Virus genome (UHGV): UHGV-0285531
Reading direction: 5' to 3' (one strand)
Source: a virus
Length of the DNA stretch: 39,467 nt
Shown: positions 16,746 to 25,406 of the stretch, piece after piece
How positions within the stretch are numbered: position 1 is the stretch's first letter
Layout: every line of letters starts with the position of its first letter
Translations under genes and position numbers: made by a program
The notes under the pieces: generated by a model
Told to the model about the DNA's origin: nothing
Database searches by the model: none
The model's input: only the letters and a program-made list of their open reading frames with translations

Positions 16746-19427
16746 ATGAGCGTCATCTCTATTGATAAACACGACTTCTCTGATGTGTCGAACGCCATTG
16801 AGCCGTTTAACCTGCTGGCAGACCACTACGGGCAAGACCTTGCAGTCAAACAGCTTCAGCTTGAGCATGAGGCCTACACAGAAGGCGAGCGACGTTTCAT
16901 CAAGAACCTTGAGCGCCAGACCGAGCGCGGGGAACTGGCAGACAATCAGGTCGCCAAGCCTTTGATGCAGACTCTGGTGCCTAAGATTGCGCAAGCAGTC
17001 AAGGAGTGGCACGAAGGCCAAGACGGGAAGCTGTCAACCTCTCGTCCTAGCGTAGCGTTCACCACGTTGAGCACTGAAGAGAAGGCCGTCAAGGACCGCT
17101 CTATGCGCATCTCCTGTGAGTCCGCTGCGGTTATCATACTGAAGGTCATACTCTCCAAGCTGGTCAAGCCTGAAGGGGTACCGATTACACCTATGGCCTC
17201 AGCGTTAGGTCGCACACTTGAGGACGAAATCCGCTTCGGTCGCATCCGTGACAAGGAGAAGGAGCACTTCAAGAAGGCGATAGCTGAGAACCTGAACAAG
17301 CGAGCTGGGGCATCCTACAAGAAAGCCTACATGCAAGCTGTAGAGGCATCCATGCTGGAGCAAGGCCAACTGGAAGATGCGTGGGGGACTTGGAGTCCGA
17401 CCGAAGCGGTGCACGTTGGCATCAAGATGCTCGAGATTGTCATCCAGTCCACACAACTGGTCGAGCTTAAGCGTTATGGTGCTGGCAATGCGGCGGCTGA
17501 CGTTGAGATGGTCCACCTGTCAGACTTCTGGGTAAAGAAGATGGCACAACGTGGATTCAGCCTTGCGGGTATTGCGCCAGTCTATCAGCCTTGCGTCGTT
17601 CCACCTAAACCGTGGACTGGTGTAGTAGGCGGTGGGTACTGGGCCAAAGGTCGCAGACCGTTACCATTGATTCGCTTAGGGTCTAAGTCTGCGGTAGCAC
17701 GTTATGAAGACGTGTACATGCCTGAAGTCTATGACGCTGTGAACATCATTCAAAATACACCTTGGAAAGTGAACAAGAAGGTATTGAACGTGGTGAACAT
17801 GGTCGAGAAGCTGAACAACACGCCTATTGATGACATCCCTCAGATGGAACCGCTGAAGCCTGAGGACTATGCTGGTGAGACCGAGGAGGAACTCAAGGCA
17901 TGGAAGAAGGCTGCTGCTGGTATCTATCGCCGCGAGAAGGCCCGACAGTCACGCAGATTATCACTGAGCTTTATCATCAACCAAGCGAATAAGTTCTCTC
18001 AGTTCAAGGCCATCTGGTTTCCATACAACATGGACTGGCGCGGTCGAGTCTACGCTGTGCCGATGTTCAACCCTCAGGGTAACGACATGCAGAAGGGTCT
18101 CCTGACTCTGGCAGTCGGTAAGCCTATTGGTGCTGACGGTTTCAAATGGCTGAAGGTCCATGGTGCAAACTGCGCGGGTGTTGATAAAGTCACCTTCGAG
18201 GAGCGCATCAAGTGGGTGGAAGACAACCACGAAAACATCATGGCTGCTGCTAAGGCACCGATGGATAGTATTGAGTGGTGGGGCAAGTTAGACTCTCCGT
18301 TCTGCTTCCTTGCGTTCTGCTTCGAGTATGCTGGCGTAATGCACCACGGCCTGTCTTACTCCTGCTCGCTGCCGATAGCGTTCGATGGGTCCTGCTCTGG
18401 TATTCAGCACTTCAGTGCGATGCTTCGTGACCACATCGGTGGCCATGCAGTAAACCTGACGCCATCCGGCATGGTACAAGACATCTACCGCATTGTGTCT
18501 GACCGCATTGAGGAGGAGCTTAAAGTCCTGCTGATTAACGGTACTGACAACGAGATGGTCACTCACGAGGATAAGAAAACTGGTGAGATTACCGAACGTA
18601 TCAAGCTGGGGACACGAGAGCTGGCCCGTCAGTGGCTGACATACGGTATGTCACGCAAGGTCACTAAGCGTTCAGTCATGACTCTGGCATACGGGTCGAA
18701 AGAGTACGGCTTCGCAGACCAAGTTTACGAGGACATCGTGATGCCAGCGATTGACTCAGGGTCTGGCGCTATGTTCACAGAGCCAAGCCAAGCGTCCCGC
18801 TTCATGGCTAAGATGATTTGGGAAGCTGTGAGCGTGACCGTAGTTGCTGCGGTTGACGCGATGAAGTGGCTTCAAGGTGCTGCCAAGCTGCTGGCTGCTG
18901 AAGTGAAGGACAAGAAGACTGGAGAAATCCTGAAGCCTTGCCTTCCGGTACACTGGGTAACACCTGATGGTTTCCCGGTCTGGCAGGAATACCGCAAGAA
19001 GGATACCACTCGTCTGAACCTGATGTTCTTAGGGTCATTCAACCTTCAACCTACGGTCAACAAAGGTATGAAGAAAGAGCTGGACAAGCACAAGCAGGAG
19101 TCAGGCATTAGCCCGAACTTCGTCCACTCACAAGATGGTAGCCACCTACGCAAGACTGTAGTCCACACGCATCGCAAGTATGGCGTGATGTCATTCGCAG
19201 TGATTCACGATAGCTTCGGGACCATCCCGGCTGACGCTGAGTATCTGTTCCGTGGTGTCCGTGAGACGATGGTCGAGACCTACCGCGACAACGATGTGCT
19301 GCTTGACTTCTACGAGCAGTTTGAATACCAGCTTCATGAGAGCCAGCGCGACAAGTTGCCTGAGCTTCCGAAGAAAGGTAAACTGAATATCGAGGACATC
19401 TTGTCTTCAGACTTTGCATTCGCTTAA
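16746..19427 (+). CDS. 1: single-subunit DNA-dependent RNA polymerase (T7 gp1-like)
   Basis: Track ORF 16695 (GTG) to 19427; preferred ATG 16746 (MSVISIDKHDFSD..., AAGGA upstream) giving 893 aa; extensive recollected identity to T7 RNAP incl. WFPYNMDWRGRVYAV, AFDGSCSGIQHFSAMLRD, NFVHSQDGSHLRKTV, IHDSFGT, C-terminal FAFA. Confidence 0.97.
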   Translation: MSVISIDKHDFSDVSNAIEPFNLLADHYGQDLAVKQLQLEHEAYTEGERRFIKNLERQTERGELADNQVAKPLMQTLVPKIAQAVKEWHEGQDGKLSTSRPSVAFTTLSTEEKAVKDRSMRISCESAAVIILKVILSKLVKPEGVPITPMASALGRTLEDEIRFGRIRDKEKEHFKKAIAENLNKRAGASYKKAYMQAVEASMLEQGQLEDAWGTWSPTEAVHVGIKMLEIVIQSTQLVELKRYGAGNAAADVEMVHLSDFWVKKMAQRGFSLAGIAPVYQPCVVPPKPWTGVVGGGYWAKGRRPLPLIRLGSKSAVARYEDVYMPEVYDAVNIIQNTPWKVNKKVLNVVNMVEKLNNTPIDDIPQMEPLKPEDYAGETEEELKAWKKAAAGIYRREKARQSRRLSLSFIINQANKFSQFKAIWFPYNMDWRGRVYAVPMFNPQGNDMQKGLLTLAVGKPIGADGFKWLKVHGANCAGVDKVTFEERIKWVEDNHENIMAAAKAPMDSIEWWGKLDSPFCFLAFCFEYAGVMHHGLSYSCSLPIAFDGSCSGIQHFSAMLRDHIGGHAVNLTPSGMVQDIYRIVSDRIEEELKVLLINGTDNEMVTHEDKKTGEITERIKLGTRELARQWLTYGMSRKVTKRSVMTLAYGSKEYGFADQVYEDIVMPAIDSGSGAMFTEPSQASRFMAKMIWEAVSVTVVAAVDAMKWLQGAAKLLAAEVKDKKTGEILKPCLPVHWVTPDGFPVWQEYRKKDTTRLNLMFLGSFNLQPTVNKGMKKELDKHKQESGISPNFVHSQDGSHLRKTVVHTHRKYGVMSFAVIHDSFGTIPADAEYLFRGVRETMVETYRDNDVLLDFYEQFEYQLHESQRDKLPELPKKGKLNIEDILSSDFAFA

Positions 19428-19441
19428 CAGGGGAGAGAGTT

Positions 19442-19657
19442 ATGAAATTTGCACATAAGCAGGCTGGCGTTACGGGCGGGACTCAAATCGTGACCGTAAC
19501 AGAACACAACGGCAAGGGTCTGGTGAAGACCACGGTCATCCCGACCAAGATGTCCAAGCAGCTTAACATCCCGTTCAAGACTCTTGTAGATCTGGTCGAG
19601 TCCAGCCACGAGAAATACCTGAAAGACGCAGTGTCCAAGCTGGAGCAGACCAAATGA
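19442..19657 (+). CDS. hypothetical protein (71 aa) following RNAP
   Basis: ATG 19442 after GGGGAGAGAG; no homologue recognised. Confidence 0.5.
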   Translation: MKFAHKQAGVTGGTQIVTVTEHNGKGLVKTTVIPTKMSKQLNIPFKTLVDLVESSHEKYLKDAVSKLEQTK

Positions 19658-19732
19658 CAGACCTACAGTTACTGGCCTTGTGGCTGGGAGCACTAGCAGT
19701 ATTCACTTTAATCCAACGCAGAAGAGGTTAAC

Positions 19733-19755
19733 CCTAAACTATCACTATAGGATTA
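19733..19755 (+). promoter_or_regulatory. phage RNAP promoter (phi1.1-like), +1 G at 19750
   Basis: ccctaaactatcactataggatt. Confidence 0.75.
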
Positions 19756-19800
19756 GACTCAAGGTCATGACTCAAAGTCGTGGCCTTCATGATTAACCCT
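19754..19800 (+). promoter_or_regulatory. conserved hairpin element, putative RNase III site (R1.1-like)
   Basis: tagactcaaggtcat-N11-gtggccttcatgattaaccc; second copy of the 11476 element. Confidence 0.5.
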
Positions 19801-19825
19801 AACTCATTCAATCAGGAGCTACACC

Positions 19826-20005
19826 ATGTATCAGAACACTATCAACTTCGAGCGCATCCGTGAACGTCAGCAGACTGAAGATTATATTCCGAAGGGACGC
19901 AAGCTGAACAAGACCAAGCGTGGTGGAGGTGTCAAGGGTGCTTTCCGTAACGCTGAAGGAAAAGACTCTATGGTCAACCAAGAGAAGTATTTCGTAGGAG
20001 CATAA
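19826..20005 (+). CDS. 1.1: gp1.1-like small basic protein (59 aa)
   Basis: Not in track (59 aa); ATG 19826 after AGGAG; contains KGRKLNKTKR as recalled for T7 gp1.1. Confidence 0.55.
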   Translation: MYQNTINFERIRERQQTEDYIPKGRKLNKTKRGGGVKGAFRNAEGKDSMVNQEKYFVGA

Positions 20006-20009
20006 CGCT

Positions 20010-20273
20010 ATGGGCCGACTTTATAGTGGCAACCTAAACGCTTTCAAAGCAGCGTGTAACAGGCTCTATCAGTTAGACTTCGCTGTCATATCTCAGGAGT
20101 TTCAAGACCTTGCGTCACGCCAAGAGTGTATGAGACTCAGGGTGGAGGACCGAGCTGGTAACATCTTCGCGCTTGTAACCTTCGCACGCTACGATGAAGA
20201 CGTGCTGTATAACACTGCAACCGACTACCTCAACGGTCTCGCTGACCATCTCGACACATGGAGCAAATCATAA
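20010..20273 (+). CDS. 1.2: gp1.2-like protein (dGTPase inhibitor homologue)
   Basis: 87 aa starting MGRLYSGNL..AFKAA, matching recollected T7 gp1.2 N-terminus and length. Confidence 0.75.
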   Translation: MGRLYSGNLNAFKAACNRLYQLDFAVISQEFQDLASRQECMRLRVEDRAGNIFALVTFARYDEDVLYNTATDYLNGLADHLDTWSKS

Positions 20274-21328
20274 TGACTACGACTATTAAAACTAACCCGC
20301 ACCGCGCTGTAGATTACTCTGAGTCTGGCGTTAAGAAGGCACTGGAAGCAGCCGGGTCTCTGGAAGCTGAAGTGAAGTACGACGGTGTGCGCCTGAATCT
20401 CCCGGTCTTCCCTACTGGTGAGACTCAATGGTTGAGCCGTGAGTCTAAAGAGCTTCCGGCCCTAAGCTGGCTGGGCACATCCGGTGACGACATCGGTGCT
20501 GCCAAGGCTAGCGACTGGCGATGGTTCCTTAAACAGGCTGGATACGAAGGTACTGGCCTGATGATTGACGGCGAGGTGATGGTAAAGGGTGTAGACTTCA
20601 ACACATCCTCAGGACTTATTCGCACGAAGTGGCTGAAGCCTGATAACCTAAAGTTCAATGACGTAAAGTTTGACGAGATGCCTCGTAAGTCTACAGGCGC
20701 TAAGTCTAAACTTCCGTTCCTACTGGCAGCCGAGCACATCCAAGTGGTTGTATACGGGATTATTGACCTTAACGTCATCCTCGACCCAAAAGCTGAAGGG
20801 CCTATCCACAGCGTAACGCGACTGAAGGCCGAAGCTGTCGTCCCTCTCCTCCAGAAATACTTCCCGGAAATCGACTGGGTGCTATCTGAGAGTCATACAG
20901 TGTTTAGCTTAGACGAGCTTACTGACTTGTATGAGAAGAAGAGAGAAGAGGGCCATGAGGGTCTGGTAGTTAAAGACCCACTGGGACGCTGGAAGCGTGG
21001 CAAGAAGTCAGGTATGTTCAAGATGAAACCAAGCGAAGAGGCAGACGGTCACGTTGTACGGCCTATATGGGGAACAGAAGGTCTAGCCAACGAAGGTATG
21101 GTCATCGGCTTTGACGTTATGCTTGAGAACGGGATGGAGGTCTCCGCAACTAACATTAGTCGCGCCCTAATGTCCGAGTTCACCGAAAACGTTAAGTCCG
21201 ACCCTGATTATTATAAAGGCTGGGCCTGCCAGATTACCTACATGGAGGAGACACCAAGTGGCTTACTACGGCATCCCTCGTTCGACCAGTGGCGTGGAAC
21301 TGAGGACGACCCTACGGTCAAGATTTAA
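20273..21328 (+). CDS. 1.3: ATP-dependent DNA ligase (T7 gp1.3-like)
   Basis: Track ORF 20258-21328; preferred ATG 20273 (MTTTIKTNP... aligns with T7 start); KYDGVR adenylation motif, EGHEGLVVKDP, KSGMFKMKP, C-terminal LRHPSF. Confidence 0.9.
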   Translation: MTTTIKTNPHRAVDYSESGVKKALEAAGSLEAEVKYDGVRLNLPVFPTGETQWLSRESKELPALSWLGTSGDDIGAAKASDWRWFLKQAGYEGTGLMIDGEVMVKGVDFNTSSGLIRTKWLKPDNLKFNDVKFDEMPRKSTGAKSKLPFLLAAEHIQVVVYGIIDLNVILDPKAEGPIHSVTRLKAEAVVPLLQKYFPEIDWVLSESHTVFSLDELTDLYEKKREEGHEGLVVKDPLGRWKRGKKSGMFKMKPSEEADGHVVRPIWGTEGLANEGMVIGFDVMLENGMEVSATNISRALMSEFTENVKSDPDYYKGWACQITYMEETPSGLLRHPSFDQWRGTEDDPTVKI

Positions 21329-21719
21329 AGCAGACAGGGCGGCTCCCTCTGGAGTCTCCAACCTAAACGGTAGACATCTTGGCTATAGACGAAAGGATGG
21401 GTACTGGATTCTAAGTACGACAAAGGGCCAACTGCTGGCCCACCGAGTAGTCTGGGAACTAACCAACGGTCCTATACCAGAAGGGATGGTGATTGACCAT
21501 ATCAACCGGGACCCTTCGGATAACAGGATTGAGAACCTCAGGTGTGTGACTCAGGCGGTGAACCTAACTAACGTTCCAACCCGTAGTCACTGCCAATCTG
21601 GAGAGAAATACGTTCAATACCAGAAATCAACTGGTCGCTGGCAACTGCGGATAAAGCGTAAGTCATACGGTACGTTCGATACCATAGCCGAGGCAGTAGC
21701 CTTAAGAGATTCATTATAA
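21258..21719 (+). CDS. HNH homing endonuclease with C-terminal AP2-like DNA-binding domain; start uncertain, overlaps ligase 3' end
   Basis: HNH motif MVIDHINRDPSDNRIENLRCVTQAVN; C-terminal KYVQYQKSTGRWQLRIKRKSYGTFDTIAEAVALRD is AP2-like; only in-frame starts are GTG 21258 or GTG 21294, both inside the ligase gene. Confidence 0.75.
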   Translation: MAYYGIPRSTSGVELRTTLRSRFKADRAAPSGVSNLNGRHLGYRRKDGYWILSTTKGQLLAHRVVWELTNGPIPEGMVIDHINRDPSDNRIENLRCVTQAVNLTNVPTRSHCQSGEKYVQYQKSTGRWQLRIKRKSYGTFDTIAEAVALRDSL

Positions 21720-21725
21720 CGTCAA

Positions 21726-21757
21726 CCCAGTGGTCTTCGGACTGCTGGGTTTATTTG
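21726..21757 (+). terminator. intrinsic terminator (TE-like early terminator)
   Basis: CCCAGUGGUC-UUCG-GACUGCUGGG 10-bp stem with UUCG tetraloop followed by UUUAUUUG; after ligase/HNH, before next phage promoter. Confidence 0.7.
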
Positions 21758-21778
21758 CGTCTGGGCCACAAGCCTGAC

Positions 21779-21801
21779 CCTAAGCTATCACTATAGGACA
21801 A
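21779..21801 (+). promoter_or_regulatory. phage RNAP promoter (phi1.5/1.6-like), +1 G at 21796
   Basis: ccctaagctatcactataggaca (one substitution upstream of core). Confidence 0.7.
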
Positions 21802-21829
21802 CCATAACTTCGACCTAAGGAGGCCGACC

Positions 21830-22090
21830 ATGTTTAAGAACTTAATGTTCAACCGTTATTCAAATACCTTCCACCTGTCCAACAACCCGTTCGCTTGCAT
21901 TAAGCGCAACGAGAAGCTGGGCTACTTCGGGAAGGCCGTTAAGCTGTCACCTACAGTCTTCGCTCTGGTTACTCCAGGCAAAGCTGAAGAGGCTCGCCAG
22001 AAGCGTGAGACCAACGTACCCGTGGTCTACACTAAGTGGCCTCGCGTTCGTCTGTTCGTTGAGTTCGTGAAGGAGGTGATCAATGGTTAA
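21830..22090 (+). CDS. gp1.6-like hypothetical protein (86 aa)
   Basis: ATG 21830 after AAGGAGG; position equivalent to T7 gene 1.6. Confidence 0.5.
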   Translation: MFKNLMFNRYSNTFHLSNNPFACIKRNEKLGYFGKAVKLSPTVFALVTPGKAEEARQKRETNVPVVYTKWPRVRLFVEFVKEVING

Positions 22091-22523
22091 GGTGGGGGAT
22101 ACAGTTAACTATGTTGGACCAGTTGGAGCCCACACGGGACGCTCCTGTGGCAAGGTGATAGTGGTTAAGAATGAGCATGTGGCTGTTGTTAAGTGGCCCC
22201 GTTTATCTGAACCACTCACTCACTCCATTAGTTCCTTAAGTATTACCAAGCAGGCGCAGTCCGAGCCGACAACCATAGGTCAGGAAGATAGCGTCCGTAA
22301 GCCATCTCACTATCAGGTCTTTGACGGTGTGGAATCAATTGAGATTATCGCTCGGTCAATGACTGTCAGCGAGTTCCGTGGGTTCTGCATGGGTAACGTC
22401 CTGAAGTATCGACTCCGAGCTGGTAAGAAGTCAGAGCTAGCAACTATGGAGAAGGACCTAAACAAAGCGGCCTTCTATCAGGAGCTGTTCGACCTGCATA
22501 AAGGTAAGTGCTATGACGTATGA
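22083..22523 (+). CDS. 1.7: gp1.7-like nucleotide kinase with divergent N-terminus
   Basis: C-terminal KPSHYQVFDGVESIEIIARSMTVSEFRGFCMGNVLKYRLRAGKKSELATMEKDLNKAAFYQELF matches recollected T7 gp1.7 C-terminus; 146 aa vs 196 in T7. Confidence 0.7.
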   Translation: MVKVGDTVNYVGPVGAHTGRSCGKVIVVKNEHVAVVKWPRLSEPLTHSISSLSITKQAQSEPTTIGQEDSVRKPSHYQVFDGVESIEIIARSMTVSEFRGFCMGNVLKYRLRAGKKSELATMEKDLNKAAFYQELFDLHKGKCYDV

Positions 22524-22740
22524 AGAACTTAAAGCTGTAGGGGTGAAGCGTGGATCACTCAGGTTTTATCAAGCATATAAGGCGCTGCGTACGGGTATGT
22601 TAGAGATCTCATTAGGACACAGCGAATATTGTGACTATGACCTCCTACCGTTTGCTTATACGAAGACTCCTAGTATTATTATTAAGGTAGAGGAGTATGA
22701 CCATTCTGACGACTGTGTAATGGTGAACAGATATGCTTAA
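22513..22740 (+). CDS. hypothetical protein (75 aa), gp1.8 position
   Basis: ATG 22513 overlapping upstream gene end; no homologue recognised. Confidence 0.4.
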   Translation: MTYEELKAVGVKRGSLRFYQAYKALRTGMLEISLGHSEYCDYDLLPFAYTKTPSIIIKVEEYDHSDDCVMVNRYA

Positions 22741-22827
22741 ACCTAGTGAGTGGTGCCGGGAGATGTACGAGAAGACTCTCAACCCGGACTACATTACGTT
22801 ATACAACTTATGGAAGGAGCGTGGTCT

Positions 22828-22986
22828 ATGACTGACGTAGAGAAGAAATACATCGTGGAGCTTGAGGGTCGCGTTCAGTCCTTCGAGGTTCCGGTGTACG
22901 CAAAGTCTCTTGAAGAGGCTACCCTGAAGTCACAAGAGTATGAGGACGCTGGGTTTGTGGTCGGACGGATTCGTCCTGAGACCTAA
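22828..22986 (+). CDS. 2: Gp2-like inhibitor of host RNA polymerase
   Basis: Track ORF 22750-22986; preferred ATG 22828 (AGGAG 9 nt upstream); [14 protein letters not shown]...[10 protein letters not shown] matches recollected T7 Gp2 (SFEVPIYAETLDEA...AGFEVTRVRP). Confidence 0.75.
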   Translation: MTDVEKKYIVELEGRVQSFEVPVYAKSLEEATLKSQEYEDAGFVVGRIRPET

Positions 22987-23004
22987 ACTATCACTGTAGG
23001 ACAG
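22982..23004 (+). promoter_or_regulatory. phage RNAP promoter variant (phi2.5-like), +1 G at 22999
   Basis: cctaaactatcactGtaggacag: G instead of A at -3. Confidence 0.6.
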
Positions 23005-23043
23005 ACGTCCAGTTCGTAACTTTAAATTAGGAGATTTACACCA

Positions 23044-23742
23044 ATGGCTAAAGAGCAGTTGAAGACTTTCACCACTCCGGTAGCTGGTATCGTTGAGCCT
23101 TACGCATGGCTGAACAAAGCAGACACCAAGTTTAATGATCGCGGTGAGCATAAGGTTAACCTGACTTTCGACCTGAGCAACCCGAAGGTCCGTAAGATGA
23201 TTGATGTCTTACAGAAGATTCACGACGATGCGTATGCGAAAGCACTCGCAGACCACGAGAAGAACCCGCCTCAGGTTCAGCGTGGCAAGAAGCCTATCGA
23301 GCCGCGTGAAGGCGATATGCCGTGGATTGAGAATGGTGACGGTACTGTTACCCTGAAGTTTAAATGCTTTGCGTCTTACCTTAAAGATGGCAAGTCAGAG
23401 CCTATCGTATTACGGTTCTACGACACCGATGCTAAGTTAATCCGTGACGTCCCGAATATTGGCTCTGGCTCAAAGCTGAAGGTCAAGTTTAAAGTACTAC
23501 CGTTCAAGTGGAACGCTGCTACTGGTGCAAGCGTTAAGCTCCAGCTTGAGTCCTGCCTTCTGGTAGAACTGAAGGAGTGGAAAGGTGATGGTGCTGGTGG
23601 CGATGGTGGCTGGGGTGATGATGAAGACCTCGGTACTGGCTACAAAGCGTCAACCGATGGTGACTTCGGTGACGATGACTTCGGTGACGATGGTTCCGAA
23701 GGCGGTGACGACTCCAACTCTGGTGGCGATTACGACTTCTAA
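23044..23742 (+). CDS. 2.5: single-stranded DNA-binding protein (T7 gp2.5-like)
   Basis: 232 aa (same as T7 gp2.5); acidic Gly/Asp-rich tail ending ...DYDF. Confidence 0.9.
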   Translation: MAKEQLKTFTTPVAGIVEPYAWLNKADTKFNDRGEHKVNLTFDLSNPKVRKMIDVLQKIHDDAYAKALADHEKNPPQVQRGKKPIEPREGDMPWIENGDGTVTLKFKCFASYLKDGKSEPIVLRFYDTDAKLIRDVPNIGSGSKLKVKFKVLPFKWNAATGASVKLQLESCLLVELKEWKGDGAGGDGGWGDDEDLGTGYKASTDGDFGDDDFGDDGSEGGDDSNSGGDYDF

Positions 23743-24194
23743 TGGCCCAATGGTCTGCAAAACGGGGGCACTCTGTGGGTGCCTACCGCTCTGGACTTGA
23801 AGCCAAGAACCAGCAGTGGCTGGAACAGAACGGCGTCAAAGCGGAGTACGAAAGCCATTATATCAACTATGTGATTCCGGCTTCCGACCACAAGTACACA
23901 CCAGATTTTATCCTTCCTAACGGTATTATCGTGGAGACCAAAGGTATCTTCGATAGTGATGACCGTAAGAAGCACCTTCTGGTACGAGAACAGCACCCAG
24001 AGTTAGACATCAGGTTCGTGTTCTCAAGTTCCCGCTCCAAGCTATACAAAGGGTCTCCGACCACGTATGGCGCATGGTGCGAAAAGAACGGCTTTAAGTA
24101 TGCCGACAAGTTTATCCCAGTTGAGTGGCTGAGAGAGGTGACTGTACGTCTTCCTTCCGGCATCCTCATCCCTAAGAAGAAAGGAGTTAAGTGA
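23742..24194 (+). CDS. 3: endonuclease I, Holliday-junction resolvase (T7 gp3-like)
   Basis: 150 aa; AYRSGLE, YVIPAS.HKYTPDF.LPNGI.VETKG, DRKKHLLVREQHPELDIRFVFSSSRSKLYKGSPT match recollected T7 endonuclease I. Confidence 0.9.
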   Translation: MAQWSAKRGHSVGAYRSGLEAKNQQWLEQNGVKAEYESHYINYVIPASDHKYTPDFILPNGIIVETKGIFDSDDRKKHLLVREQHPELDIRFVFSSSRSKLYKGSPTTYGAWCEKNGFKYADKFIPVEWLREVTVRLPSGILIPKKKGVK

Positions 24195-24649
24195 TGATTA
24201 CCTGTAAAGACCTTGAAGTTGGAACACGTTACAGATTCTCAAAGAACACCCTGATGAATAACCCTCAATTCACTGATGCTGTTTTCGAAAAGCGAGAAGA
24301 CCATAGCGTAATTGTGGAGAAGGGGTGGCATCCTGAGGATTACATTGGTGAGACTACCAGCTGGAATGGTCACGAGAACTACAGTGTAGAAGTTGTTGAA
24401 CAGCCTCAAGTCCTGCCAGCCTCAAGCGTCCCTCCTGTCACCGTTAAACGTGAAGTCCTGACCATCAACAAGATTGGTGTAGGCCAGACGTTCATCGTCC
24501 ACGGTAAGCCTGACGAAGTGTACGTGAAGATTAGCAACTCTCACGTATTCAACCACAAGCGACTCCAGATGCACACGACTGACGCACAGCGCTTCCAGTC
24601 ACATCTGAATCTGGTGGTAGTAGAACTGGTGGTGTACAATGGGAAGTAA
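24194..24649 (+). CDS. hypothetical protein (151 aa) between endonuclease I and lysozyme
   Basis: Track ORF 24191 (GTG) / ATG 24194 overlapping gp3 stop; no homologue recognised; T7 has no gene at this position. Confidence 0.55.
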   Translation: MITCKDLEVGTRYRFSKNTLMNNPQFTDAVFEKREDHSVIVEKGWHPEDYIGETTSWNGHENYSVEVVEQPQVLPASSVPPVTVKREVLTINKIGVGQTFIVHGKPDEVYVKISNSHVFNHKRLQMHTTDAQRFQSHLNLVVVELVVYNGK

Positions 24650-25097
24650 GGTCAAGTTCAACCCACGGTCCCGTACTGACGCTATCTTCGTTCACTGTTC
24701 GGCTACAAAGCCAGATATGGACATCGGGGTAGAGACCATCCGTATGTGGCACAAGCAGCAAGGCTGGCTGGACGTAGGCTACCATTTTATCATCAAGCGC
24801 GATGGCACTGTGGAAGAGGGTCGCCCGGTAAATGTCGTAGGGTCACACGTTAAGGATTGGAACTCCCGGTCCGTAGGCGTCTGCCTTGTAGGGGGAATTG
24901 ACGCTAAGGGTCAGTTTGAAGCTAACTTCACTACAGCCCAGATGAACTCCCTGCGCAACAAGCTGGCTGACCTGAAGTCCATGTATCCTCAGGCAGAAAT
25001 CAAAGCACACCATGACGTAGCACCTAAGGCGTGTCCAAGTTTCGACTTGCAACGCTGGCTGTCTACCAATGAACTGGTCACTTCCGACCGTGGTTAA
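24639..25097 (+). CDS. 3.5: N-acetylmuramoyl-L-alanine amidase / T7 lysozyme (gp3.5-like)
   Basis: 152 aa; TDAIFVHCSATKP, QGWLDVGYHFIIKRDGTVE, VGVCLVGGID, HHDVAPKACPSFDL, C-terminal NELVTSDRG match recollected T7 lysozyme. Confidence 0.92.
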   Translation: MGSKVKFNPRSRTDAIFVHCSATKPDMDIGVETIRMWHKQQGWLDVGYHFIIKRDGTVEEGRPVNVVGSHVKDWNSRSVGVCLVGGIDAKGQFEANFTTAQMNSLRNKLADLKSMYPQAEIKAHHDVAPKACPSFDLQRWLSTNELVTSDRG

Positions 25098-25122
25098 TAA
25101 AACTCTAAAGGAGAATAACTCA

Positions 25123-25338
25123 ATGATTAAACTTATTGAATTTCTTGGTCGTCTGGTGGTGCGTGGTTATCGTCGTGCTGCGGTACTGGAACGAAAGGTA
25201 GAAAAGAAGACTGCTGACAGTGCGGCTGATGCTGCTGCTCTGGCTGACAAGCTGACAATAGCGTCACTGGAAGCTGGCATGAAGGCACGTCAAGCTGACA
25301 CCAAAGCTGACCAGTTGGCTCAGTTCTTCAAAGCCTAA
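25123..25338 (+). CDS. hypothetical protein (71 aa)
   Basis: Track ORF 25069-25338; preferred ATG 25123 (AAAGGAG upstream, downstream of lysozyme stop); Ala/Lys-rich, likely helical. Confidence 0.45.
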   Translation: MIKLIEFLGRLVVRGYRRAAVLERKVEKKTADSAADAAALADKLTIASLEAGMKARQADTKADQLAQFFKA

Positions 25339-25356
25339 ACTATCACCTTAGGGATG
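25334..25356 (+). promoter_or_regulatory. phage RNAP promoter variant (phi4-like), +1 G at 25351
   Basis: cctaaactatcacCTtagggatg: two substitutions at -4/-3; transcript begins with a GGGAC...GUCCC hairpin. Confidence 0.5.
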
Positions 25357-25406
25357 GGACCACTAGTCCTGTCCCTTTGTTCGCATTATTGATTAAGGAG
25401 TGACCA

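Noticed and set aside
21329-21420. Alternative HNH start downstream of the ligase stop
   Set aside because: No in-frame ATG/GTG/TTG between the ligase stop and the HNH motif, so the start must overlap the ligase gene
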